NCBI RefSeq assembly: GCF_009834535.1
Contig: NC_045697.1
Span: 62,808,001 to 62,872,000, forward strand
Reading direction: 5' to 3'
DNA from: Camelus ferus
Lineage: Eukaryota
DNA: 64,000 bases
Every line of letters begins with the position of its first letter. Within the stretch, counting starts at the first letter, position 1. The position numbers were made by a program, and so were the translations under genes. Shown here piece by piece: positions 11,656 through 24,009 of this stretch. The notes beneath the pieces are model-generated. The model had not been told where the DNA came from. It ran no database searches and saw only the letters and a list, made by a program, of their open reading frames with translations.

Positions 11656-12119
11656 GTAAGCTATTGCCAAAAAATAGCTTTTAATCTCTTTTCATATTTA
11701 AATGGTATTTAGTAGATCTGTATGGTTTAGCAAGATCATATGGTCTAAAAGGCGCTTACTGGAACTTGGGTAAATTGTTAAGTAACTCAAAGGTCACTGA
11801 TATATTATTTGAATCTGGTTTCATCTATGTAAATCAGGCATCAATACAAAACACGTTTATAAGTATTTCTCTACATGTTCTTTAACTTTTTTCTGACAAG
11901 ACCCTATAAAACAATCAAATTTGCCCTTTGCTCTTATAAAACATTTTTTGCATACATAATTAAAGGAAGCAATTAGGTGATGTGCTTTTTGATAAATAAG
12001 ACCAGATTGTGTCCTGCTCATTTTGGTGTTACCTGGCAAAGTGTCTGGTACACAAGAGAAACTCTATAAATATCTGTGGAATGACTGTCTAACTGAATGA
12101 ATGCATAGTGAGCAGGAAT

Positions 12120-12760
12120 TCAAACAGGGCAGATCACAGAGGACCTTGAATGCCAAGATAAGTATCTTAGTCCCTTTGGGCTGTTGTCACAAAATACACT
12201 GATTGGGTAGCTTAAAACAGAAATTTATTTCTTGATGTTTTGGAGGCTGGGAAGTTCAAAATCAGGGTGCCAGCATGGTCACATTGGGTGAGGGTCCCCT
12301 TGCTGGTTCACTGCTCACTCTGTCCCCATGCGGTGAAAGGGGTGAGGGGGCTCTGTGGGGTCCCTTTTATAAGACATTAATCCCATTCATGAGGGCTCCA
12401 CCCTCATGACATAAGCACCTCCAAAGCCCCCACCTCCTAAAATTATCAGCTTTAGGGGTTAGGATTCCAACATAGGAATTTTGAGGAGACACCTACAAGG
12501 CATTTAGACATGATTCTGTAAAGAGCAGTCTTTGAACATTTCCAGGAGAGGGTTGGGTGTGACGAGAACTGTGTCTCAGAAGCATGAAGCTAGACAGTGG
12601 TGCGTAGCATGACTACAAAAAATGCAATTAGAGATGCCAATCAGGACATTATCAGCAAGATCAGGCGGTCAGAGCTAGATCTAAGGAAGAGGTAGCTGAA
12701 GCGGAGGAGACAGATATGAGTAAAGTCATGAAAGTAAAACCAACAGAAACAGAAAGACTG
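12120..12760. mobile_element. L2 fragment interrupted by an MLT1A-like LTR
   Basis: gggcagatcacagaggaccttgaatgccaagataag resumes after the LTR as aggcatttagacatgattctg...; diverged. Confidence 0.5.
12163..12492 (-). mobile_element. MaLR LTR (MLT1A-like)
   Basis: Motifs ggaggctgggaagttcaaaatcagggtgccagcatggtc and taatcccattcatgagggctccaccctcatgac. Confidence 0.85.
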
Positions 12761-12789
12761 TGGGAAAGTTAGTGATCTGAGGAATAGCA

Positions 12790-12940
12790 AATCATGATTC
12801 TGACCCTAGTTGTTTCAGTAAGTTTCTGTGTAGCCTTGAGTAAGTTCACCTCTCTGGGTCTCAGCTTCTTTTTATGATTGGGTTGCAATAGGCATTTTGC
12901 TGAGCTCATTAGCAGAATCATGTTGCAAACTGAACCACTG
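12790..12940. mobile_element. MIR fragment
   Basis: ctgtgtagccttgagtaagttcacctctctgggtctcagcttc. Confidence 0.6.
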
Positions 12941-14404
12941 TAAAAAAAAAAAAAAAAAAAAAGAAAGAAAAAATGTGAGCTGTTCACAGCCTGAATGCAC
13001 AGCACTGGGGAGAGGAGAGACCTAGAATATTCTGTGGGTTTTTTTGCATTTGGGAAATGAGAGGTTAGGAGTATCACTGGCAGATGTTGGAAACACCAAA
13101 GGAGAAGTGTAAATTTGGCAGCAAAGAGGAATTTAATGCAGTGCATATAAACCACTTAATAGTCTCTCTGTATTAAAGAAGTGTTTTATTAATATGTTTG
13201 GCATATGAGTGATATTAAATAATCTTTCTACTATAAAAGAATAGCTCCTGGTTCTTACTAAAAGAGATAGCAGCGTTCCTTTCATATGAGTCTGCTGTTA
13301 AATTATATAATCATTTGGATGAACTTTGTATTTTATTGCTTTTTAATTAAAAAGGATAATCATTATCCTAACCTAATATGACTCTTCATATTTAATCTCT
13401 GAATTTTCTGATAATATTAAAAGTCACAGAATAATACAATGTTGAATTGTCTCTTGACTATTTAAACTATTGTATTTATTTATGACTCCCTCTAAATTAA
13501 TCTGATCCAGGAGGACTAATCTTGCCCTGTGGGATCACAGAACAAACTATTTAGACGTACATGTTTCCAAGAGAAAGAGTGGTATTTCAGTACAAGATGT
13601 TCTTACAATAATACTTTTAGGAAAAATAATGAGTTGTTCTTCTTCCATACTATTTTAGTCCTTGGTCCTCTTGTGGACACAGCAAATGAGTTTCAGTTAA
13701 GCTCTACAGGATGTGTGCTCATGCAATAGGCAAACCATGTCATTTTTTTTAAACCAAAAAATACCTGTATCTCTACAGTAAGTATAAATTTAAATACCTT
13801 AAAAATTAATTGAGTTAAAAGATTTAATAGAATGTAAGAACTAATAAACTGTTATAGGATAAAGAATGCATGTTAGGCACTTATAAAAATTGCATTTAGA
13901 TTTTTTTTATATAACAGTTGGCTCAATATTGGACTTAATGGGCTAATAATTAACTCAGTTCTGATTCTCTTTTTTTCCAATGATGCCTTGATAAAATTGC
14001 TTCCTGTTCCTTTATTTACTGTAAGTAGAATTTTTATAGACCTAAAGTTAATAATTAATTAAAAGTTCTTTATTTTATCTTTGTCAAGTAACCAATAACA
14101 ACATTAAGGCCATAAGGATACATTGGCCTACTTTCCTATGTGGGGTTGATATTCACTTTGTGCAGGAGCAGCAATATAATGTGTGAGGCGCTTTCAAGTG
14201 GATGCATAGATACTCACGCTCATTAAGCCAGCTTAGCTTCTATGGTCATAAAACTGATGGCATTCATTGGACAGCTGAGCAGGTAAAGTCTATACAAAGC
14301 AATGAAACCAGCGGACTCAGGCTAAACTCGGCTATAAGAAGAAACCAATTGCAAACTACTTCCTTTAATACTCTTAAAAAAAAATTTAATGTCTAGTTTT
14401 TTCT

Positions 14405-14581
14405 TCCTTTTTTTATAACATCACTTTATTTTTAATTTATTATTTCTTGTTTTTTTGGTGGGGGGAGGTAATTAAGTTTGTTTGTTTATTTATTTATTTA
14501 TTTTTAATGGAGGTACTAGGGATTGAACCCAGGACCTTGTGCATGCTAGGCACTCATTCTGCCACTGAACTCTACCCTCCC
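14405..14581 (-). mobile_element. Camelid Vic-1-type tRNA-derived SINE
   Basis: Reverse complement reads GGAGGGTAGAGTTCAGTGGCAGAATGAGTGCCTAGCATGCACAAGGTCCTGGGTTCAATCCC (A and B boxes), then (AAAT)n, CTTAATTACCTCCCC and an A-rich tail. Confidence 0.85.
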
Positions 14582-14876
14582 TCCCTTTTATACTCTTTGA
14601 TACCAGGGGGGAGACACACTGCCATACTGATTAAATTTGGCTTTTGGTTTCCTTTGACCTTTGCTATGATATTATAAATACCATCTAGCCACATTGCCCC
14701 CCTACCTCACGAACACCAGAAGATAATTTATCATCATTCTACAAATCTCACAGTAATATTCAGGTGATAGCCACTATGATTTGCTGAATACTGGCAGTTT
14801 GGAGAAAGAAAAACCATGTAAAGATAGTTTTAAAAGTTTAATCTTAATTTTAATAACTGATAACCTATTTTGAAGC

Positions 14877-14963
<87 letters not shown>
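14877..14963. repeat. (CTA)n perfect trinucleotide microsatellite, about 29 units
   Basis: Uninterrupted CTA/TAC run. Confidence 0.97.
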
Positions 14964-14969
14964 TAATAT

Positions 14970-15200
14970 ACTGCTAGATACCATTTGTTAACACTATACC
15001 CCAGGCACTGCACAAATTATACTGCATATGCAATTCTCTTAATACCTATGAGATCACTATCATTATTCTTATATTGAAGATGTGTAAACTAAACCTTGAA
15101 GAGATAAACTAAGATATGCTGCCTGAGGTCATGCAACATGCAAGTGATGGAGGCTGACTCCTGGTCTGTTGAACTCAGGGCTCAGCTCATCCGCTGCACT
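14970..15200. mobile_element. MIR
   Basis: ccaggcactgcac...cattattcttatattgaagatgtgtaaactaa...gcctgaggtcatgcaac. Confidence 0.6.
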
Positions 15201-16607
15201 CAAGTAGACTGTGAAGTGTGTTCACCTGCTTTTCTCTTCCTTCTGCTTGTGTTCCCTGCATCATAACAATCTCAGAGTCTGGCCATCTGCAAATATTCCA
15301 CATGGCCAGAGCTGATACTCCCAGGGAGTTTGCTTTCTTGAGGATCCAAATTCTGCCACTTGTTTCTGCACTAATAAGAAGGACGTAAAGCTGCTATTTT
15401 TCAGTTTAGCTTTTCTGTGATACGGCCAGTGGGCAGGTGTCATTGAAAGTCACCAGTGGTTATTCATAAGATCTTCAAGCTGATGTAGGAGGTAAAATTC
15501 AGAATCCTCATCCCTTTCACTTTCTTCAGAGCCATTCCCACATCCAGTTATGCTAATTACTATTCTTCCTAGGCCAATGGGACAAAACGTTCTGATTGAA
15601 TCACAAATTATTTGATTTGTTTCTAAACAATAGTCCAGTAGACACCAAGAGGGCTTTATTTCATCTTTGAAGATTTGTTTATACAGCAATTGGCAGATTT
15701 GTCCCTGCAGAGAAAGTTTGGCTGCTTGCCTTCCAAGAGGAGATGGATCTTCTTCTAATAGTGTCAGCAGCAGCTTTGCCGAGGATGTGCGCCTCCTGTG
15801 TGTGAGGCTGTTGACTTTTTATTTTAACCATTTCTCTAGTATTTACGAGATATACTTAGCTCTCCTTAATAAATCTCTTTTATTTACAACTATCACTTTA
15901 ACTACTCTTCATAAGAAAAATTACATTCTGTAAAGGGTTTGGTAGCGTACCAAACACATCTTTTTAAATTATCATTGCTGTGAATTTAAACAGTTTTAAA
16001 GAGAAAAATAAGAACTTAGTGGATACTTAGCTGGTTTATACCACTTTAAAACCATTTCTAAATTTTGTGACTCCGCATAGAGGCTGCTGTGATTATTAAG
16101 AAGGACTGGATTTGAAATCAGGTAATTAAGGTTTAAGTCCTGTCTACCAATGTATTTATTTGTAATAAGTTGTTTATTTTTCTGAAACATACTGTCCACA
16201 TTTATAAAACAAGAATAACATATCAACCTTACAAAGTTTATTTTGAGGATCAAAGAAATAACTTGCATACAGTATATTATTAAGGTAGATGTGATTATAT
16301 AATTTTCTTAGCTATATTCAATGTTTATATTTTATATTCTATAACATTTTCAATTAATAGTTGATATCTATTTCCATGTATCAACATAATTTAAATGCTC
16401 ATATTATTCTATTTTTCTATCTTTGCTTTTATAAGTCACTGTGTTTTAGACTCAACACATGTTCATAAATGAGCTTATGCTTATCACAAAATGCTAAATC
16501 AAAAATGACAGGATAAAAAATATAAAGGCTTAACTGTATACAAATGCATGTGCATTGACAAGCACTAAAAAAAATCTGCAAGAAGTTTTAATAAGAGTTT
16601 TTTCAAA

Positions 16608-16715
16608 TTATCATACTAAGTGAAGTACATGAGAGAAAGATAAATATTATCACTAATGTGGAATCTAAAAAAATGCTACAAATGAACTTATTTCCAAAAC
16701 AGAAACAGACTCACA
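16608..16715 (+). mobile_element. L1 3' region fragment
   Basis: atcatactaagtgaagta...atgtggaatctaaaaaaatg...aatgaacttatttccaaaacagaaacagactcaca; the same segment occurs in the L1 at about 62820-62865. Confidence 0.75.
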
Positions 16716-17280
16716 CTGCTATAACAAAGTACCAAAGATAAGGTGGCTTATAAAGAACAGAAATTTTCTTCTCACAGTTATGGAAGCTTGAAGTCTGAGA
16801 TCAGGCAGGCATGTTCAGGTTCTGGTGAGAGCTGTCTTCTGGATTTGAGACTATCATCTTCTTGTTTTGTTCTCATGGGGCATAAGGGAAGGAGCTGGGG
16901 AGCTCTCTGGAGTCCCTTTCAAAAGGGCACTAATCCTGCTCATGAAGGCTCCACCCTCATGACCTAAATACCTCCCCAAGGCTTCACCTCCTAATACCAT
17001 CACATTGGGAGTGAGGGTTTCTTTTTTTAAAAAGAAATTTTGTGTGTGTGTGTGCACAGGGTGGTGATTAGGTCTATTTACTTATTTATTTATTATTACT
17101 TGTTTCTGTTTGTTTGTTTTATGAGGGGGAGGTAATTCGATTTATTTATTTATTTACATTTGGAGGAGGTACTGGGGTTTGAACCCAAGCAGGCACTCTA
17201 GCACTGAACTACACCCTCCTCTGGGAGTTAGGATTTCAACATATGGATTTGTAGGGGACACAAGCATTCGGTCCATAACA
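16716..17280 (-). mobile_element. MaLR LTR (MLT1A-like) interrupted by a Vic-1 SINE
   Basis: Similar to the copy at 12163-12492; ends cattcggtccataaca. Confidence 0.8.
17022..17221 (-). mobile_element. Vic-1-type SINE with duplicated 3' module and shortened head
   Basis: ggaggtactggggtttgaaccc...ctctagcactgaactacaccctcc. TSD tgggagt(g/t)agg(g/a)tttc at 17006-17021 and 17222-17237. Confidence 0.8.
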
Positions 17281-17529
17281 GGACTGGTCATATAAGCATC
17301 CTCTGCCTAGCACCTACCCAAACTCCGTACTCTCGGAGAAAAGCAAAAGTTCAGTTCAGCATAAACCATATTGTTTATACAAAGAGTCAGGGCACAGCAA
17401 ATGACACTTTTTAGTTAGAGAATGGAGAGAAGCCAAGTTCCCAGGTATAGACTAAGGGCAAATCCTCGCAGTCTGGCCTTTCTAAAAGTAGCAGTCTCAG
17501 GCTGGCTATGATGACTCTTTTCTGCTCAT
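17281..17529 (-). mobile_element. ERV LTR fragment (MER21-like)
   Basis: Terminal motif ggcctttctaaaagtagcagtctcaggctggctatgatgactctttttctgctca. Confidence 0.7.
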
Positions 17530-18400
17530 GATCTTAAAGATATTCTTTGTGTCAGGGTTGGTTAGCTAGACTATCTTCTGGGATAGCCTCCCCAGTTTGT
17601 GTCAATAAAACATATCAGTGTTGAAGAGAATATTAAATGAACTAGTTGTTGTTCATTGTTCATTGGCAGAAGAAAAGACTCCAGTAGCTTTCCAGAGGAT
17701 TCCCCTTTGTACGGAAAGATGACAGTTAAGGAGAGGATGCTTAAAAAATTGACAATCCTTTCCTGCACCATGTCTTGCAATAGAGTGACCATGATCTCTA
17801 AGGTGAACTGTCAGAAACCCATGTGTTTGATGCTCACATCTGAACCAAAATTTATAATGCATGGTCTGACAATAAAAAGGAAATGGGACAAGGATACCAG
17901 GTGCCATTTACATAGTCACTGCATAGATCTGGATTTGTTTCCTAACAAGAATCACAGGAGCTATTTCTCAACAATAGACTGTTTCTTTAACACCAAAGAC
18001 TTGAAACCAAATTTGATAATTAACAGGTCTATAATTAAATACAATGAAAAGAAGTCTTTCCACTGGTCCTTAACACTATAAACTCAAATTTTCATGTGAT
18101 AGTATTGTTTTGTGCCATATTGATTGTCCAACACAAAAAAGGGGGTGTTTGGATTATTAAGTCACCAATTGTAAGCTTGTTGCACAGCAGTCTGAGTGGA
18201 GATGATACTTGCATCTTGACAAAAATATTGCAGCATGAAGAAATAGCCCTGCTGTATATTAACTGCATATGAAATTTGAAACACATACTTTAAAAGTTCT
18301 TAATTGCCAGTTTTACTATGCACAGCTTCAAAGTGGATCTGAAAAGAAATAATAAGTATTTTATTATAAATTTAACTGGAATTACTCAGAGTTGTTTATT

Positions 18401-18438
18401 TTAAGAGTCTCACGCTCTACCGACTGAGCTAGCCGGGC
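18401..18438 (-). pseudogene. Tailless 5'-half tRNA-Lys(CTT) retropseudogene
   Basis: Reverse complement GCCCGGCTAGCTCAGTCGGTAGAGCGTGAGACTCTTAA matches the first 38 nt of tRNA-Lys-CTT (about 1 mismatch to the recalled sequence). Flanked by cagag(t/c)tgtttattttaa repeats at 18387-18404 and 18445-18462. Confidence 0.92.
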
Positions 18439-19369
18439 ACACACCAGAGCTGTTTATTTTAAATATCATTGTTTTTGGGGAAAATATCACATGACACTTC
18501 ATTGATAACCTCATTGCTCAATCTAAACTCAAGTCTGTTTACTGCTAAAACAAATTACTGGTAAAACTGTTACACAGTGTTTGGAGAAAAAAAGAAGTCA
18601 GTAAAAAAAGTTACTGCTTGTAATTGTGTCAAGGTCTTATAGGAACCAGAATACATACTGACCTTTTACAAAAAAGGAAACCAATTTTTTTTTTTTATGG
18701 CTAATCACCACTCCTTTAAGAACTCTTTTCTAGGTCTTATCATCTTTAGCCAGTGTTAAATTTACAAACTTTCATGGCTACTTAGATCGGACAGGCATCA
18801 GCACAAGGATGGTGTTTTGAAACTCTGGGTTTGGGGGACATAAGTCGGGATAATATATGTGTGTTGTGGGGAGACCAGAGATGGGAGAGAGTCGGGGGGC
18901 AGCCTCTCCAAGGGCAGTTGGGAGGGAGAGAAGTTGGGTGAGAACATTGAGAAGAAACAAAGAGGTCGTGGGATGAACACACCTTATGTGGACGTCAGCC
19001 TCTGACTGTTATTTTTCAGTACCGCCAGACTAAATTAGAAGTTATGAAAAATACTCAGACAGTCCAATAATTATGTGAGTAATAATGAGGAGACATCACA
19101 CGACCTTTCAAACAGAACCTAAACTCAGTGACTTTATTATAAACCAAGAAGTTTGCTTGAAAATGTCAAACTACAGATCTATCTCAAGAAAATGTTTTGA
19201 AAATACCTTCCTAGATTAAAGATACAAGTGCAAGGTAATTTCTAATATTCAGTGCCATATTAACTCAAAATACTGTGCTTAATCTCACTTAAGCAGTTTT
19301 TCTCTTAGGATTGTTAACTGTCTTTAGAGTTATTGCTATTACTTGAAAATAGTGATAATTCATAACTGT

Positions 19370-20720
19370 TCAATTCAACAAATATTAATTAAGTGCCAAA
19401 TAAAATCAGGTACTGTTATACATGCTTTGGATATATCATAACTTTTTTTAAAAATTTCTGTCTTTCTGGAATTTACACTATTGGAGATAGAGGGAAAAAA
19501 CATGATAAGATATAAATTATATATGTTAAAAAGTGACAAATATTATGCATAAAAGAAAAAGCAGAGAAAGGTAGGGAATCAGAGAATTGTGGGATGTGCT
19601 GGGGTGCGTTGGGAGCAGAGTGCAGTACTATTAAATAAGATGATAGGATCAGCTTCAGTTTTTGGAAAAATAGTGAACTCTGCAGGAAACGGGGAATAGA
19701 AAGGAATAGAAAGCAAGGCCCTGGCTCAGAAACTTTGTAACTTTGTTGTAACAAAAGTTGACAGTGGAAGATGTACCCAGATGAGTAACGTGATATTTAG
19801 TGGTTGTTGGTTTTACGGCTGTTGGGTTTTTATGTTTTAAAATGCTTTTCCATGTGCTTTTGAACACTATATTGTTATAAAGTTATTCTGAATGTGAAAG
19901 AAAAGAAAACATGCCACACCATATACTAAGCACTTAAATGAGTATTATAGGGACTCATTATCACAAGAGTTTGGTGTCTTGATAAGAACTGGATGTTTGG
20001 GCAAATTTCTTGGAAGAGGTAGATTTGGGCTGAGCATTCATTCAATCAGCCATTCACTCCCTGTATTGAGTGTAATATGTTTAAATCCATTCTGTTGGAA
20101 ACAATTAAAGATTTTTGAGCAGGAGTAGGACATAATCACATAAGTGCATTATTAAGATTTATTCTGAGTTCTTTAACAGATCAGTTGGAAAATCATTACA
20201 GCAGCCCTTGCATGAATAGATTAAGACCTCAAATAGGTGATAGAGACAGGAATGAAATAGAAGCTGGGAATCGTAGTTAAATGTGAATATATATTTTGTA
20301 GAAAACAGCTAATTGAAAATACAAACTCTTAGAATAATGAATAACACCAAAGTTAAAAAAAGCATCAGTGATGGGAAATTGGTCATTCCATTAAGGGAAA
20401 TTGGAAGGTTAAGGAGGAAGTGCAGATGAACACAGGAAGGGAAGTTTAGTCTGTGATACATAAAAGAGCTCTTATCTCTATGGAAATGTCTAAAAGTCAG
20501 TTAGCAATCTGGGTCTGGAACCAGAAGAGGGTTTGTAGATAAAAATTGGGAATTATTTGCACAGAGATGATATTTGAGGGCACAGAAGTAAATTAGGTAG
20601 CTAGAGAAAAAGAAGAGAACTGAAGACAGAGGCATGGAGATTTCCTATATTTGAAGAGAGCAGAAGAAAGAGAGACAGAAAAGAAGAAGTGTGATCAGAA
20701 CCAGGAAAGTGCATGTGTCT
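19370..20720. mobile_element. Degenerate L2 fragments
   Basis: ttcaattcaacaaatattaattaagtgcc and purine-rich L2-like stretches; boundaries approximate. Confidence 0.5.
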
Positions 20721-20814
20721 ATGAACTCAAAGTCTTTAAGAAAAAAAAAAAGACATAGTGGTATAGAAGGAAAGGAGGACTTGTGCAAACAAAATAATAG
20801 AAGTAAAAATGTTG

Positions 20815-21480
20815 GGGAGATGTTTGTTTATGGTATACTTTACATTCAGTTAAATCCACTATTATGGATGTGCAGTCGATGATTCTTGACAAATGTATAG
20901 TCATGTAATTACCACAACAATCAAGATAGAGAACATCTCCATCACCCCCCAAAATTCCTTTTTGTACCTTTGTAGTCAAATCCTCCCTCCTCTCCTGGTC
21001 ACTGGCAACCATGTTTGAGATTCATCCATAGATTCATCCACATTGTTGCATGTATTATTTTTCATTACTGTGTAGCAGTCCATCCTTTGGATGTACTACA
21101 GTTTTTTAATCCATTTACCAGTTGAAGGATATTTTGGTGGTTTCCAGTTTGCCTTGATTATGAATAAAGCTGCTACAAACATTTACTTACAGGTTTTTGT
21201 GTATGGAAACTTTTCATTTCTCTTGAGTTAATACGCAGCAATAGCATAGTTTGGTTGTATGATAAGTACAGTTGAACTTCAGAAGGACTGGCCAGTCATT
21301 TTCCATTTCCACTACTAGTAATGTATGAGAATTCTCATTGCTCCGCAGTCTTGCCAGCACTTGTTAATATTGTTTGTTTTACCACTTGTGTGGTATATTA
21401 TTGTATCTAATTGTGATTTTATTTTGCATTTTCCTAATGACTAATGTTATTGAGCATATTTCAGCGTATTTGCCATTCTT
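20815..21480 (-). mobile_element. Old L1M 3' fragment
   Basis: gatagagaacatctccatcacccccaaaattcc; ttatgaataaagctgctacaaacatt; ccgcagtcttgccagcact. Confidence 0.75.
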
Positions 21481-23334
21481 TAATACTCCTTTTGATTTAA
21501 GATTATGACTCTAAAGAAAAAGGCAAAAACAGATGACAATACCAAGTAAAAAACATTAAATGTCCCGGGTCATGGCTTAAGATGAATGAAAATAGCTTAA
21601 TGACAAGGGTTAGAATAGATCATCTGGGACAGGGCCAATGCATCTGATAAAGATTGCTGATATGATTAAATGTGCTTTAAGTTACACTTGAAGGGTTGAG
21701 AAAAAAGACCTCAGAAACAATATCAAGAAAAATAGATGTGATATAAAAAGAATAAAAAAAAACCCTGATAATTTGAAGGAAAAGTAGTAAAGATAGTTGG
21801 AAACAATATTTCCATCCAACTATACACCAACTGAACAGAATAGGAGTGAATAGAACAATGGATTTGAAAATTAAATATAAACAACTATGCACATTTCTAG
21901 AAGTTGTTAGAAAGAGGTGCATGAAGTATTTTTAGAGCAATGGAAGGATAAGCTTTATTTGATAGAAATAAGTCAGGATAAATGATGCAACAGAATAGCA
22001 CTGAAAATTGATGTATTCATTGGTATGAGGGTGAAAACATGTTAGAGAGCACCGAAATCAGGAGGAAAGATAAAGAAAAGTTACAATGTTGTGTGGACAT
22101 AGTATCTAGAGCAGAGTTATGTGGTGGATTTGTACAGTACTTTCCTCTATTTGTGACAAAACTCGCTCAGAGAAAGTGATAGGTCCCCTCCCTAATCTGT
22201 TGGAAACTCCATTCTGCCCTAAGCAGGGATCAGAGTTTTCTGCTCTCTGCAATGTTATCTTTTAAATGAAGAAATAAAAAATAAAATAAAATCTTGATGC
22301 TAAAGTAGAACTAAGCATTAAAAATGAAATAAAACAACAAGTTAAATAATAAATAAAAGTAAAATATTCTATTATGTAAAACATATGATATATAACGTGT
22401 TGTGTATACTATAAATAAAAATAGAAATAAAAGCAGAAGGCAGAAATATAAAGTGCCCCTGCATTTTATTCATCAAATACCTAGTGAGTAAGTGTTGAAT
22501 GAGGACTGAGAAAGACTGAGTAGACAGAGTGGTAAATGGGAAGAGTGGTACCCTCTTCCCATGGACTTCACACATTAAGCAAGTAATTAAAATAAAGAAT
22601 GGCAAATACTGGCAAAGACAGTGCACTTTGAAAATGTAAGGAGCCCTTCAATCAGTTCAAATTTAACATGAGCATTTATGAAATATGGAAGTAGGATTAA
22701 TAGAAAATGTAACTCGAGTAGATATTAGGATCCAGAAAGCAAAGACCAGAACAAATTGAGACTTAGGAAACATTCCAAGACAGTGGCAAAAGAATTTTAG
22801 TCATGTTCAGAGCAGGGAAATGAATATTAAAAGATTAGTTATGCTATTTGCACAAGATAGTAGAATGTTGAGTTGGCAGAACTAATTGCACTGATTTTCA
22901 TCAAAGAAAATACCTGGAGTGGAAGGAGTTTAAGAGGTTATTGAAGCCCAGGGTAGGAGAGGAGTTGTGGAAAGTTTGCTGGAAAGAATTCCATGTCCCT
23001 AGAAAAACATGCCAATGACATATCATAGCATCAAACTCTACTCAATCTTTGAGAAACTAAGAAGAAGGGTTAGAGTATTAGATTAAGGATGAGCTAGGTT
23101 TTAGAATGACAGAGAACAGCAAAAGGGAGCGTTTCGTAATCTATTCAAGTGGTTGAGAAATGATGTTAAAGAAACGTGGGCTGGTTTGAAATATTTGTTA
23201 AAAGATATTACATTTCTATAATAATTTTTATGTGTACCTTAATGAAGAAAATAGTTTATAGAATTTTGCAAAGAATTTATCCAGAGAATTTAAATCAATT
23301 TCTAATTGCATAGTAATATATATTTCTTTGCAAA

Positions 23335-23605
23335 CATAAACCAAATGGATAAATAAAACAAAACAGACTCATAGATACAGAGAACTAACTAGTAGTGGGG
23401 GGGGCAAAGTGGAGGAAGGGGATTGAGGTACAAACTACTAGGTATAAAATAAATAAGATACGAAGATGTAATGTACAGCACATCCCTGTATATAGCCAAT
23501 ATTTTATCAAAACTTTAAATGGAGTATGATTTAAAAAAATATCGAATCACTGTTGTACACCTGAAACTAGTAATATAACATTAAATCAACTATAGTTCAA
23601 AAAAA
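23335..23605 (+). mobile_element. L1 3' UTR fragment
   Basis: acagactcatagatacagagaac...gaggtacaaactactaggtataaaataaataag...tgtacacctgaaact...aatcaactatagttcaaaaaaa. Confidence 0.8.
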
Positions 23606-23800
23606 TCATTTTCGATTCTAATACAAGCACACAGTTTGGTCACATATTATGTGAATTTGAATTATTTAAATATGAATTAGAATGTATTTAAAGTATTTAT
23701 AAATCTCACTTCTTGAGATAAATATTAAAGCAAATAAGCCTAAATTTAAAAATCAACAATGACCTATGATTTGAAATGAGTCAATTGTGAATTAACATTA

Positions 23801-23819
23801 TTTCCACAAGGTGGCACCA
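23801..23819 (+). promoter_or_regulatory. Candidate CTCF motif
   Basis: TTTCCACAAGGTGGCACCA fits the CTCF core CCACNAGGTGGCRS; sequence match only. Confidence 0.4.
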
Positions 23820-24009
23820 TAGTGGAAACTGTGGCCAGTAATGTAAGTGTTCATCCAACATTTTGTCTCTCTTTACATAACTATATATTATGCTTACAAT
23901 ATTCATAAATTGAGGCTTTCTAAATAAATGAAATTATTCTATATCTAATACGTGAACTGAAACTTGCCATCTGTGGCAACTCACACATACTGGGGATCTA
24001 CTTCATTCT

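Noticed and set aside
9620..11659. The 679-aa ORF as a standalone single-exon gene
   Set aside because: It starts at an intronic TTG and is bounded by splice sites. It is the large MMRN1 exon, and its last residues come from the frameshift.
17656..18081. 141-aa intronic ORF
   Set aside because: Non-ATG start and no recognisable homology.
21018..21040. Short tandem duplication of agattcatcca (also (gtaatct)3 at 59265-59285)
   Set aside because: Ordinary slippage duplications.
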